Part shown: positions 1-13,030 of the stretch, one piece after another | Numbering within the stretch: the stretch's first letter is position 1 | Layout of the letters: every line of letters begins with the position of its first letter | Origin: Chiloscyllium plagiosum | Lineage: Eukaryota | NCBI RefSeq assembly: GCF_004010195.1 | Contig: NC_057750.1 | Location: 10,832,601-10,896,600 of the forward strand | Reading direction: 5' to 3' | Length of the DNA: 64,000 nt | Notes under the pieces: generated by a model | What the model saw: the letters and a program-made list of their open reading frames with translations, nothing else | The model's database searches: none | Told to the model about the DNA's origin: nothing | Made by a program: the position numbers and the translations under genes

Positions 1-165
1 ATTGCAACATTTAAGAGGCATTTGGATGGGTATATGAATAGGAAGGGTTTGGAGGGATATAGGCCAGGTACTGGCAGGTGGGACTAGATTGGGTTGGGAT
101 ATCTGGTCAGCATAAACGGGTTGGACCGAAGGGTCTGTTTCCATGCTGTACATCTCTATGACTCT
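1..165 (+). mobile_element. CR1 LINE 3' end
   Basis: Tail ggaccgaagggtctgtttccatgctgtacatctctatgactcta, near-identical to copies at about 29130 and 42400. Confidence 0.8.
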
Positions 166-639
166 AGTTCCAGAACAAGTAATACAATAGAGAGTACAGT
201 AAATGTCAGGAATCTAACTTCAGGCATAGCAGATAAAGGGACAACGATGAGAAGGGGGGCAGTCAACACAGGACTGAGGGTGTCATAGTGGGATTTCTGA
301 TAGAAAGGCACCGTCCTTATTTTGTTTCCTGGACACACTGCAGTGTGGCAGAGGCCATGCCGATTTTAAATCCTAGGTGTTGTTAACATGAGCAGGAAAA
401 TTGAGTAGGCTTAGTGCTCTTGTCATCATCCAAATACGTGAGGAAAGAAACTCCAGTCTCCTGTGTAATAGAAGGGTTTGATGGTCATTGTAAAAATGCG
501 TCATTGGCAATGTCAGATCACATGGAGTTGGAATCTGGAAGATGTCAACTAAGTTCTCAACAGTGGATGTTATACATCTTCCTATAAAACACTTGTCATA
601 ATGCTCTCTGTCCCACAACCCCCTTCTCTTACAGATTCC

Positions 640-1230
640 CAAATTAGCCAGACCCCCAAAAGCCCAAACAGGTCCTCTCCCCACTTTTACAGGTCCTCAT
701 CCCCTTCCCACATACTTGCAGATCCTTACTTCCTCCCACTTAGTGTCTTTTTGCACGCCTCCCACACGTACAGGTCTCCCCTCCCCCTCATCTACATGTA
801 ACTCTCTTCCCCTGCACTTACTGATGTCTCCTCCGCAACTCTAATAGGTTCTCCACCTTCCCCACTCTTACATGTCCCTTTTCCTGAACTCTTAACCCTC
901 CCTCTCCACAATTATGTTGCCCCACCCAACACTCTTACAACGTCCTCCCCCTCCTCCCCTATTCTTTCATCTCCCGAGAGAGAGAAAGCAAAAGCTGAGA
1001 CAGATGAAGAAACAGAGAGAGATAAGTGGAGGGAGGAGAGTGAGAGGCAGAGAAAGACAGAGAGTCTGATGCAAGTGAAGAGATGGAGAAAGAGAGAAAT
1101 AAGGAAACACAGGCAGTCAGACAGCAAAAGGAATATTGGAGAGAATGACAGAAGCAGACTGAAAGAAAGAATTCACAGTTAATGCTCGAGGCAGGCTGCA
1201 AGATAGAAAAGAGAGCGAGACAGTGAAAGA
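640..1230. repeat. Low-complexity C-rich tract followed by a GA-rich tract
   Basis: Degenerate (ctccccactctta) units, then (gaga/gaca)n. Confidence 0.7.
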
Positions 1231-1854
1231 AAAGGCAAACCCATACACATATATACATGCGCACAATTACTCTCACAGATAAAAATAAATACCTTGATAC
1301 ACAATCATTTACACACTTGGTGGCACAAACAAGCACTTCCACATCCACAAACTCACTCACACTAATGGAGCTCGTTTCATCACATACACCTGCGCTCACT
1401 TCAAACTGAACAGACAGACAGATGCACTCACATAAGATCAGAAATAGGATAGGTGCTCTTCACCCAGCTCTGAAGTACATTTGATTCTATGTTTGAATGA
1501 AAAAATTCCATAAATGTTTGGTGATCTGTGCAGTGGTGTAAATCCCCCTGCAGGAACTGTGAATAAAGTATCTTCTGGAACACTGCACCTGAACAGATTG
1601 CAGTGTTCACCTGTGGCTAATTACACTCCTAGTGTGACTGTGCCTGACAGTGGCAGAGGCCCCACTCTGTCCCTTCACTCTTGAAACTGGGAATTGCTGC
1701 CAACAGGTAGCTACACCTGGGCTACTTGTAGGCCAATGAGCAGATGGAGGTATTGGTTTATAGAAATACCATTCAGTACCCAGAAATACCATTTAGTTCT
1801 TCACAGTAATAAAGTAAAGAACTCACCTCAGAGAAGGTGGGGGATAAACAAATA

Positions 1855-3925
1855 GAACAAAGCACAAAGAGAAGTACAGCACAGGCACAGGCCCTTTGGC
1901 CCTCCAAGCCTGTGCCGATCATCACGCACTAACTAAACTAAAATACAAATGTTCTGCCCTTATTCAGTCCGTGTACCACTACTCCCTCCCTATTCATGTA
2001 ACCATCTAGATGCCTCTTACATGTTGCCAATGTGCCTGCTTCCACCACCTCTTCTGGCAGTGTGTTCCAGACTCCTACCACTCTCTGCATGAAAAGCTTC
2101 CCTAGCACATCTCCCTTAAACTTTCCCCCTCTCACCTTGATCCTGTGCCCCTTTGTAATTGTAAGAGTCTGACTATCTACTCTATCTATGCCTCTCATAA
2201 GTTTGTAGACCTCTATCAGGTCTGCTCTTAGCTGCCATATTTCCAGTGAAAGCAATCCTAGTCTTTTTAATCTTTCCTCATAGCCAAAGCCTTCGCGACC
2301 AGGCACCATCCTGGTGAATCTTCTCTGCACTCTGTCCAAAGCTTCTACGTCCTTCTGGTAGTGTGGCGACCAAAACTGCACACAATACTCCAAATGCAGC
2401 CTAACAAGGGTTTCACGTAGCTGCAACATGGTTTGCTGACTCTTGTACTTCATGCCCTGGCCGATGAAAGCAAGCATGACATATGCCGCCTTAATCATTT
2501 TGGCCACCTGTGTTGCCACTTTTAGGGAACTGTGGACTTGCACGCCCAGATCTGTCCGAATGTTACTGTTCCTAAGGGTTCTGCCATTTACAGTACATTT
2601 CATACCTAAGTCTGGTCCTCCAAAATGCATCACCTCGCATTTGTCTGGATTAAACCCCCTCTGTCATTTCAGTGCCCATGGTTGGCACAGTGGCTCAGTG
2701 GTTAGCACTGCTGCCTGGTGTTCCAGCCTGAGGCGACTTTCCGGAGTTTGCACATTTCCCAGTGTCTGCGTGGGTTTCCTCTGGGTGGTCTGGATTCCCC
2801 CCACAATCCGAAGATGTGCAGGTTAGGTGAATTGGCTGTGTTCAAAGATGTATAGATTACGTGCATGAGTCAGGGGTAAAAGTCAGGGAATGCGTCTAGG
2901 TGGGATACTCTTTGGCAGGTCAGTGTGTACTTTTTGGGCCAAAGGACCTGTTTCCACACAATAGAGATTCTAATTCTAAAAGTCACTTATCTGTATCCTG
3001 TTGTATCCTTTCACAGTCGTCAGCACTATCCGCAACTCCACCAGTCTTCGTGTTATCAGAAACGTACTAGTCAGACCACCCACGTTTGCCTTCAGATCAT
3101 CTATATATTCTACAAACAACAGAGGACCTAAGACTGATCCCTGTGGAACATCACTAATTGCAGGTCTCCATTCTGAAAAACACTCTTCCACCACTACCTT
3201 CGGTCTTCGGGACCAAGCCAGTTTTGTATCCAGCTAGCCAGCCCACCCCAAATCCCATATGATTTTTATTTTTGCACTTATATACTTGTAGGACTTTATC
3301 AAATGCCTGATTGAAGTCCATCTAAATTGCATCCACAGCCCTTCATTCATCAATAATCCTCGTCATCTCTTCAAAGAATTCAATCAGGATGGCGAGACAT
3401 TACCTTCCCTATACAAAACCATGCTGCCTGTCACTTACTAATCCACTTTCTTCCAAATGTGCATATACCTTGTCCCTCAGTACCTTCTCCAAGAGCTTCC
3501 CCACCACAGACATCAGGCTCACCAGCCTATAATTTCTTGAATTATCCCTACTTTCCTTAACAAGGGAACAACATTGGCTAATCTCCAGTCCTCTGGAACT
3601 TCACCTGTGGTCAAAGAGGACATGAAGATACCTGCTAATGCCCCAGCTATTTCTTCCCTTGTTTCTCGCAGTAACCTGGGAGAGTTTCCATTTGGCCCTG
3701 AGGGCTTAGCTACCTTAATGCAATTTAGGATTCCCAAAACTTCCTCCTTCAATATGTTGATATTCTCTAGAGTTTTCACATACTCATCCCTGATCTGAAC
3801 ATCAGTCATGTCCTTCACCTCAGTGAATAATGATACAAAAGTATTCATTAAGGATCTCTCTCACTTCCTGTGGCTCATTGCATAACTTCCCTCCTTTGTC
3901 CTTGAATGGGCATACTCTTTCCCTT
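1855..3925 (-). mobile_element. Decayed CR1 LINE ORF2, interrupted by a SINE at about 2680-2975
   Basis: ORF fragments contain VPEDWRLANVVPL, VPQGSVLGPLLF, LEYCVQFWSPH and VWNTLPEEVVEA, typical of CR1 reverse transcriptase. Frameshifts and stops are present. Confidence 0.9.
2680..2975 (+). mobile_element. HE1-like V-SINE, partly deleted
   Basis: tRNA-like head ggcacagtggctcagtggttagcactgctgcc, V-domain gggtttcctc...cccacaatccgaagatgtgcaggttagg, and CR1-like tail. Confidence 0.8.
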
Positions 3926-3957
3926 GAGGGCAACAATACTCAGGGTATCAAGGCGAG

Positions 3958-4093
3958 AGGGAAAGTGAGAAACTGATGACGGGCTTATGTCCGAAACATC
4001 GACTCTCTTCGGATGCTGCCTGACTTGCTGTGCTTTTCCAGTGCCACACTTTTCGACTCTGACTTTCCAACATATGCAGTCCTCACTTTCTCC
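3958..4093 (+). mobile_element. Penelope-like element terminal fragment with hammerhead-like core
   Basis: ctgatgacgggcttatgtccgaaacatc...gcagtcctcactttctcc, the same terminus as the long element at 57161. Confidence 0.7.
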
Positions 4094-4309
4094 CAGTTGC
4101 TGAAACCTTACTGTGAAGCCTCTTTCAAGGATGCCCACCTTGACATTCTCCTCCTCCCTCCACAAGGATCTGTGAGTCTCTCTCCGACTGCACTCCCCAG
4201 GTCATCTCCTCTGCCATGAAGCTTTTCGTCCTGAAGCAAATCCACTAATACAGCCATGTCTCCTTCCTCAGCACCTGCCAATGCAACCGATTTATCCTGC
4301 ATGGTATCA

Positions 4310-4680
4310 AGGAGAGGAGAAGGTATCAGGGAATGGGAAGTGGATTTGAAGGAAGAATCAGGAATGTGTACTTGAGGGAGCAGATAGAGAGTGCATATGG
4401 GGGAAGAGAGGATGGCTTGGATATGCGAGACTGAATATCATGTGGATAAGGGGAAGAAGATGGAATGTGGAAATGGGGAAGAGGTCAGAGTTTGGAAATG
4501 GGAGAGGGGATTGAATATAGATATGGAAGAGAGGATGGAGTGTGAATGGGGAGGAGTGAACGGATTGTTAATATAGGGGAAGAAGACTGAGTGTGGATAT
4601 AGGAAAGAGGATAGAATGTAGATGTGGGGGAGAGAATGGAGTGTGGATGTGAGCTGAAGGTTATGTGGAATCTAGAGAGA
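4310..4680. repeat. Purine-rich degenerate tandem repeat
   Basis: Repeated ggggaagagaggatggagtgtggat-like units. Confidence 0.7.
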
Positions 4681-5486
4681 GCGCAATATCAGTCACCAAT
4701 CGAGAGAAGATCAGTGAGCAAATATCAGCGACATGGAGAACCTATCAAGGTAGAGGGTCTGGCTTCACTCACCTGACCCTCAATTCAGTTCAGACTCTCT
4801 GTATCTGACTATGCCAGTGAAAGTCAAAGAATGAGAGTGAATAAAAACAAAACAATTGCCTTTGGTGCAAAAGTAAATACTTGGAACAAACCATCATGCT
4901 GCAATTGAACAACTGGTGAAGTAGCTGAATGATTTGAGGCTGCAAACCACAACTCCTCCTGAGTAATGAGTATGTAATTACTGGAGTTGGTATAATACAA
5001 ACAATATCCACAAGGACCTACTCATGGTTTCCAAAGCATGAGGCAAGCCCAAACTAGTGGAGAACACCTCCTAGTGACTCAGAACTGATGACTAAGCTAG
5101 TTAGATCCTCATAAACAGGAGGTCGTCACAGGATGTGTTTATAACGTGTCACCTGAGAACCTGAAATGTAACGTTTAGGAGGTCCCATGGGTGGGAAGGA
5201 GAATAATCATTTCCTGTTGTCGCCATCCAACAGTTTGAGCTTTGTCACACAGGCAGCTGGTGGCAGTTCTGAATTTGGATTTTAGGATGTGAGCAAATGT
5301 GGACGAAACCAGTATTCATAGCCCCACCCCCTCAGTGCACTTGAGGAGGTTAGAGGCGAACCTCCTTCTTAAACACCAGCCATGGACAGAACCCACAAGA
5401 CAATAATTATGGTTAGTTTTGTTTACGTGAGGAGGACAATTTGAGCCATCTCCAAAATTGACTCCTGTCAAGAGTGGTTACTCTGT

Positions 5487-6400
5487 TTAATTCATTCATG
5501 GGATGTGGGCATTGCTGGCTGGGCCAGCATTTATTGTCTACTCTTTATTGCCCATGAGGTGGTGGTAATGTGCTGCCTTTTTGACCCACTGCTGTCCATT
5601 TGCTGTAGGTAGAACCACAATGCCTTTGGGGAGGGAGTTCCAGGACTTTGACCTAGCAAAACTGAAGGAACAATGATATATCTCCAAGTCTGGATGGTGA
5701 GTGGCTTGGATAGGAACCTGCATGTTGTGGTACTTCCATTTATCTGCTGCCCTTGTGCTTCTAGATGGTACAGGTCGTGGGCTTGGAAGCTGCTGTCTAA
5801 AAAGCCTTGGTGAATTCCTGCAGTGCATCTTCTAGATGGTACACAGTGCTACTCAGCATTGGTGATGGAGGCAATGGATGTTATAGATGTGGTGCCAATA
5901 AAGCTGGCTACTTTGTCCTGGATGGTGTCAAACTTCTTGAGAGTTATTGGAGCTGTACTCATTCAGGCAAAGTGGGGTTATTCCTTCACACTCCTGATTT
6001 GTGCCTTGTAGATGGTAGACAGGCTTTGGGGAGTCAGACGATGAGGTACTCATTGCATGATTCTTAGTCTCTGACCTGCCTTTATTGCCACCGTATTTAT
6101 GTGGCTAGCCCCATTCAGTTTCTAGTCAATGGTAATCGCAGGCTGTTTATAGTGTGGTATTCAGTGATGGTAATGCTATTGAATATCAAAGGGTGATGGT
6201 TAGATTGTCTCTTGTTAGAGATTGTCATTGTTTGACATTTGTGTGGCATGACTGTTACCTGCACTTGTCAATCCAAGCTTGAATATGGTTAAGGCCTTGC
6301 TGCATTTGGGTGCAGACTGCTTTAGTACCTTAGGAGTGATGAATGGTGGTGAACATGATGAAAATACTGGCAAACATTCCCACTTTTTACTTTATTGAGA
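5487..6400 (-). mobile_element. Decayed L2/CR1-group LINE 3' portion sharing its tail with LF-SINE-like elements
   Basis: RT C-terminal-like remnant SFSFARSKSWNSLP; 3' end reads aataaatgctggcccagccagcaatgcccacatcccatgaatgaattaaa. Confidence 0.7.
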
Positions 6401-7349
6401 TGAGATGAGTAAAAGACATTGAAGTGCTCGATCAATCCGAATTGTATTGAATGGGGGGGGGTAAGTTCGATGGGATGAATAGTCTACTCCTGATATATGT
6501 TCCTATATACCAGAGGGCAGAATTAAATGAAGGCTGATAGCTTAAAATATTCCCGGGCTTGAGAAGATTACAAAGGTAGGGAATGGACAAAGTCACAGAA
6601 ATTTGAAAGCTAAGATTAGGATTCCAAAATGAAAGTGCAGCTGGACCACAAGCCAATAGAAAGTCAATGAATGATTGGAATATAAGGCACTCCTTTAATT
6701 TATTGAGTATTCAAAAATCTTGAGGCGTCTGGACAGAGTGGAAAGGAAAACATTGTTTGTACTCAAAGCACATGGAGTATAAAGACCAGCAAGACCAGAT
6801 GGGCCAAGATTTAGATCTAGGTTTTATTGTTATATTTACTCAAGTACTGGGTACAAGAATACAATGAAAAGTATACAATGTCACCATACATGGTGCCATC
6901 TTAGGTACAAAGTACCCAGGTACAAATCTTATTTCTTATTTCTCTATTTCTGTAACTAAGTAATAACATGCAGCACTATAGTCTTCTCAGCATAAAAGTA
7001 AAAAGAAGAGAAATAAAGCTGTACATCTCTATGATTCTATGACTCAATGTCAAACATTACAGTCCTTTCTTCAGCTGTGGCTCTAATGATGCTCCAAACC
7101 TTCCAAGAGGGTTCTCTCTCCCTCACGCTGGGCATGCTTTCATCCATGCTGGGCTAAGACCTGTCTGGGCATGCCAGGCTTCGCTGCCACTCACCACTTG
7201 CTGATTGTCACTCTCCCCATTCCTCGCAGCCGTCATCCTTCGCCGCTGGCCACTGCTAATGCCAGTCACCAATCGAGGACGCTGCCATCAAGGCTCACAC
7301 TAGGCCCCAGCCACTACCAAGCTCTGGCTCCACAGCTCCAGTTTTACAA

Positions 7350-7640
7350 ATGTTCGAGGTCTGCGTTTGGCCTACTCTCCTCTGCACTCGGCCTACTCTC
7401 CTCCCCGCTGGGTTTGCTTGAGGTCACACTTGATCTATTCTCCTCCACACTTGGCTTAACTCTCCTCCACGCTAGGCTCACTTGAGGTCCATGCTAGGCC
7501 TACTCTCCTCTGCACTGGTGTTGCTCGAGGTACATACTCAGCCAACTCTCCTTTGCGTTGGGCCTACTCTCCTCCATGCTGGGCTTGTTGAGGTTCATGC
7601 TGGGTCTACTCTCCTCCGCACTGGTGTCGCTCAAGGTCTG
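7350..7640. repeat. Degenerate ~20-bp minisatellite
   Basis: Recurrent ggcctactctcctc(t/c)gcact and gcttgttgaggtc units. Confidence 0.75.
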
Positions 7641-9358
7641 CCGCAGTTGCCATCTGAGCTCAAGAGGTAAGTAAGGAAAATAAAAGACAGTAAAAAACGA
7701 AAAGAGCAAGAAAAATAGACTGAGTGGGCAATCTCTGGCACAGGAGCCCTACTCCGCCACCATCTGGAAGTGGCCAAGTGCTGTAAATATCTATATGTAC
7801 CCACAAGAGGGTAAAGAATTGGATTCTTAAGTCTGCAGGGGAAATCTCTGTGGACAATCTTAGAAAAAAAATTGAGATGCCTTACACAGCCATTCGCTGC
7901 TGAATCCACTCAAGGGGTTAAAAGGCACAGAATACGCCAAAATCTGAAATGCAGAATGGGACTTCAGTGCATCAGATTGTGCAGAATTAGTGAGAGAGAC
8001 ACCAGCAGTCCTATGATGACACCTCACATCAGTGAGTGAGCTCGGGGCAAGCAGCAGCTTGTTCTGGCAACAAGAGGACCAGAATGTAACTTGTTGGCAG
8101 GGCCTTGGTATGCATTGAGGGAACAGACAGATAACAAACAAGTTGAGAAAGAGCGAAAACAATTATAATTATATATATATATAGCTATAAATATATATAC
8201 AAAAGAATTATGTGCGTCAATGTACATATAATAAACAAGTACCATATAGGCGTTTAGACATCCAGCTCTGCAAAAGCAAAGTTTCCCCCCACTCTCAGTC
8301 CCATTAACTTTTGGGAGGAGGGAAACCATTATTTTGGGTCCCTGCCAGAAAATCTACTCCCGAACCATTGACTCCATCTTCCCAGCAACTGTCTGATGCA
8401 AAAGAATCAGCCTATTTGCAACCTTGGAGTCGTAACTGGTCCCATGATGACCCTACATTCACAAATACACACCTTCAACTGAATAGCTTGTATCTACCCG
8501 ATGACTGTCCACCCCCTCCTCAGCTACTTCAGGCTGGATTATTCAAAAGCGCTCTAGTACACATACTCTATAAACCCGAGGTCAGCAGAAACTCTGTCAC
8601 TTGTGTCTTAGCTCACACCAAGTCTCATTCGGCTAAATGTCCCCTGAACTCACTAATTTATATTGGCTCCTGTGCCAGCTTGCTAACAAGTTCATTCACG
8701 TGCCTGAGCTTCCTAATTTATACAGATTCTCAATCAGGCAACTTTGTTTAGAAGATGGTCTTTCTTCAAGAGGGGGCACAGATTTACGTAATTAGCAAAA
8801 GGGATACCAGGGGAAATATCCTTCATGCAGGGTGTGGTAAAGCACTGCCTGAATGTGTGGAAGAAACAAGTTCAATCAAGACTTTCAAAATGGAAATGGA
8901 CTGTAATCTGGAATGGAAGAACGCGCAGGATTACCGGAAAAAGGCTGGGAGAATGGTTCCAGATAAATTGCTCATTCAGAGGGCTAAGCGACCTGTTTCT
9001 ACACTGTAAACTGATCTGTTATCTTGTCTTGGGGGATCTTTGCTTTGAATGTCAGGACAAGATCCGAATCACATGTTCACACTCAAAGACTGGAGCTTGC
9101 CAGCACAGAGAACGACGAGGACAAATAATCGGGACTCACTTCAGGGAAAGCAAGACAAGCAGTTGAGAGAAGATAGGAATAGAGGGTTCATATGATAAAT
9201 TCAAATAGGAGAAAAATACAAGAACGCCCGGGTGGAATATGTCACCGATACAGGCTGATTGGGCCGAATGCCCTGTTTCCGTACCGTATATCCTAGGTAA
9301 ACATTTTAGACATTAATCAGATCCCCAATATTTAAATATAAACTAGCCGCTCAGTTAC

Positions 9359-9500
9359 CTGCAGTAAATAACTGCCACTTTCACCAGAAATAATTCACTC
9401 GCCAACCGCCGGGAAAGCACCTGGAGCAGCAGCCATTTTGTTCGCGTGACCGCTCCCGCGTGTCAGCGGACCGTTAACACCTTTGACCCCGAGGACAGGC
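9359..9500 (-). promoter_or_regulatory. Candidate promoter and first exon of an unidentified minus-strand gene
   Basis: CpG cluster, YY1-type AAAATGGC motif (9432-9439 on minus) and a strong donor CTGCAG|GTAACT at 9358. Confidence 0.45.
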
Positions 9501-9924
9501 TAAACGCCCTTCGATCCATTCTTCACCCAACTTGCTTTATAATAGATAATTCCCCTCTGGGCTGGGAGACGAGCTGCCTCCCTGTTCCATCGGAAATTCT
9601 TCATTTTTTTTTCTCCTCTAGGCACCATTGGAGCTGCCAATTCCTCCTTGGCTTCCACCTGATTCCACCATGGGCCAGATCTTCTCAGGAAAGGCCGTGT
9701 AGGTCATGTACTGGCCGAGATCTGATATTTCGAATCAAGCGTTTGGGAATGTGAGCAGAAACTGATTCTCAACAAACACAATGAATACACAGTCTGTTGG
9801 TGGGGCTATTAGTTATTCCGAACACAAGGGATACATTGCACCAAACACAGTGTCAGAATTCAGATCAAGAACCAAGATGGGCCAACCAGCCTGATTCTGT
9901 ACTGTTAACAAGTCTGTGATCTTA

Positions 9925-10470
9925 TACTGGGGGATCTCTGCCTTGATCCATGATGAAAGTCATGACAAGATCCAAATCACATCATCAGCCTTCAAGATCC
10001 TGTCTATCTTCTCACGACGGCCTATAAGATTTACTGGCACTACTCAAAGAGCACACAAGAAGCTGACACCATCTGGGATAAAGAAACCACTAGATTGGCA
10101 CCATGTCAACATTCACTCAGTGCTCAGTAGCAATAGTATGTATACCAGCTGCAAGATCCACTGCAAAAATTCACCAAGACTTAGACAGTACTTTCCAAAC
10201 TCATGACTTCTACCATACAAAAGGACAAGTGCAACATATACACGGGAACCACCACCAGCAAGTTCTCCTTTAAATCACTTACCATCCTGACTTGGAGATA
10301 ATCAGCGTTCTTTTGATAACACTGGATCAAAATTCTCAAACTCCCTCTCGAATGACATTGTGGGTCTTCCTACATCAAATGGTCTGCAGCACCAACTTTT
10401 CAAGGGCAGTTTGGAATGGTAAATTAATGCTGGCCCAGCCAGCAATGCCCACATTCCATGAATGATTTTT
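9925..10470 (+). mobile_element. Second copy of the LINE 3' fragment seen at 5487-6400
   Basis: KIHCKNSPRLRQYFPN matches MHCRNSPRLFRQQLP; same gctggcccagccagcaatgcccacattccatgaatga tail. Confidence 0.7.
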
Positions 10471-10519
10471 TTTCAAAAAATGCTGATCATCGTCCTGAAC
10501 CAATATTTATCCTTCTGCA

Positions 10520-10680
10520 TCATTACAGCAGTGCAGTTTGTGGGAGCTTGCTGTCCAAACATTGGTTTCCTGCAATGACAACAATGGCTACATTGCAAAA
10601 GTACTTCACTGGCTGCAAAGCACTTTGGGAGATCCTCAGAATGTGACAGACTGCTATAGAAATGCAAAACTCTCATTTTT
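10520..10680 (+). mobile_element. Deu-domain SINE (SacSINE1/AmnSINE1-like) 3' part
   Basis: tttgtgggagcttgctgt...aaaagtacttcactggctgcaaagcactttggga...gctatagaaatgcaa. Confidence 0.7.
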
Positions 10681-11839
10681 ATATTAGCTGGCCTCCAATA
10701 CATCAAATCCTGTAATTTTTCTTTAAACTTACAATCTCGTATTCATGCAGTCATTAGGCTCTGCTTCCCAGTGACAGTCCTGCATGCAGTCTCTTAATCA
10801 CTGAAACACCTCCCTGGGAGAAGCAACAACAGTGGATTCAAGTGGCCTTCTTCAAGATTTTGTTCATCCCAGTTGCAGCTCCAAGGTGGGTTGCAGCCGA
10901 AGATAAAGAGTCCCTCCTTTTTTTGATTCTTCCATGAGAGATTGGCATCGCTGACAAGGCCATCACTTGCTGCCCATCCTTGGGCGGGGGTGGGGTTGGG
11001 GATTGTTACTCAGCTGTTTTAGAGGGCACCTAAGAGTCTGGAGCTCTGGACAGTGATAGTGGTGGCTCCAACAATTTTTCCATCCCCAGAAATATCACTC
11101 TACCTCCAGCTATTGATGATAATCAACTTATGAGTTGTGAAAGTGTCATAGGGGCTCTTGTGCAGTGGTAGTGTCCAACCTCTGTGCCACGAAGCCTGGG
11201 TACAAGCCCCACTTTCTCCAGAGGTGTCACATAATGTCTTGTTGATTAGAAAACTTCTATGAACACACTATCTTAAGTTGTCAAGTTCTGGAGTGGCGTT
11301 GCAACTTAGAGCATCTAGTTCAGAGGCAGGGACATTAACCACTATACCATAATACCTCCTTAAGTACACAATTATAATTTAAAACACTCATCGAAAGTTA
11401 CCACATCGATGGAGGCCATTCAGTCTATCATATTTGCACTGAAAAAATTCTCTTTGTGTCATTCTCTTATGTTCCCCACTGCACATTATTCCTTTGCAGA
11501 TAATGGCCCACATTCCTCACAAAAGCCTCGACTGAATCTGCCTTCACCATACTCTCAGCAGTGCATTCCAGACGTAACCACTCGCTGCATGAGAATGTTT
11601 TTACTCCTGTCTACATTGCTTCTTTTGCAGGTAACTTAAATCTGTGCCTTCAACTATTCTATCAATAGATACAGTTTGTCCCTGCTTGCTCTTTTCAAAC
11701 CCCACATGATTTCAAACACTGGGATCAAATCTCCTTTCAGACTTCTCCAAGGAGAACAGTCCCAGCTTCTCTAATCTGTGGAAACATTCTCGGAAATCTC
11801 TAATGCTGTCACATCTCTCTTAAAATGAAGCGGATACAA

Positions 11840-13030
11840 CTTTATTCATTCATGGGATTGGGCGTCATTGGCTTGTCCATCCCTAATTGTCCAGTTAGCA
11901 GTCAGCTACATTACATTGGGCCTGGAGTCATGTGAAGATCAGACCTGGTAAAGTTGGCAGCCTTTCTTCCCTGAACCAAATGTTACATTAATAATCTGGA
12001 AGAAGGAACTGAGGGCATTGTTGCTACATTTACAGATGATTTAAAAAATGAATGGAGGGTTGACAAAGTGGGGAGGCTGCAAAAGGACTTGGACAGATTG
12101 GGTGAGTGGGCAAAGAAGAGGCAGATGGAATACAATGTGGGAAAGTGTGAGATTATGCACTTTGATTGGAAGAATAGAAATGTAGACTATTTTCTAAACA
12201 GGGAAAGGCTTTGGAAATCTGAAGCATACATGGATGTGGGAGTCCTGGTTCAGGCTTCTCTTAAGGTTAACATGCAGGCTCAGTTGACAGTTAGGAAGGC
12301 AAAAGCAGTATGAGCATTCATTTCAAGAGGGCTAGAATATAAAAGTATTGCTGAGGCTGCATTTGGAATATTGTGAGCAGTTTTGGGCCCCATATCTAAG
12401 GAAGGATGTGCTGGGGTTGGAGGTGTCCTGTGGATGAAGGGTTTGTTATATGAAGAGTGTTGAGGTCTCTGGGTCTGTATTCAATGAGGGGATCTCATTG
12501 AAATTTACAGAACTTTGAGAAGCCTTGATAGACTGGACATAAGAAAATGTTTCCACTAGTAGGAGAGACTAGGATCCAAGGGCACAGCCTCAGAATGAAG
12601 GACAATTCTTTAGAATTGAGATGAGGAGGAATTTCTTCAGCCAAAGGATGGTGACTCTTTGGAATTCATTGCCACAGAGGGCTGTGAAGGCCAAGTCATT
12701 TAGTGTATTTAAGACAGAGATAGAGAGATTCTTGATGAGTAGTGGTTTCAAAGGTTACAGGGAGAAGGCAGGAGAATAAGTTTGAGAAACATATCAGCCA
12801 GGATCAAATGATGGAGCAGTCTCGGTGGGCCAAATGGTCTAATTCTGCTCCTATATCTTATGGTTTTTTATGACAACTGACAATGGTTGACATTAGACTA
12901 ACTTATTTTTCCAGTTTTTTTTATTGAATTCAGATTTCACCATCTACCGTGGTGGGATTTGAACCAAGTCCCCAGAGCATTAATGTGGGGCTCTGGATTA
13001 CTAATCCAATGACATTACCACTACCTCTTC
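11840..13030. mobile_element. LF-SINE-like element (minus) split by a CR1 fragment (plus, about 11990-12865)
   Basis: SINE tail at 11840-11985 and head at 12870-13030 flank a CR1 remnant (LQKDLDRLGEWAKKRQMEYNVGKCEIMHF). Confidence 0.75.

Noticed and set aside
959..1399. 146-aa minus-strand ORF and overlapping ORFs
   Set aside because: Products of GA/CA low-complexity sequence, with biased composition and no domain.
1938..2633. 231-aa ORF as a host gene
   Set aside because: It is a fragment of CR1 ORF2 within a frameshifted element.
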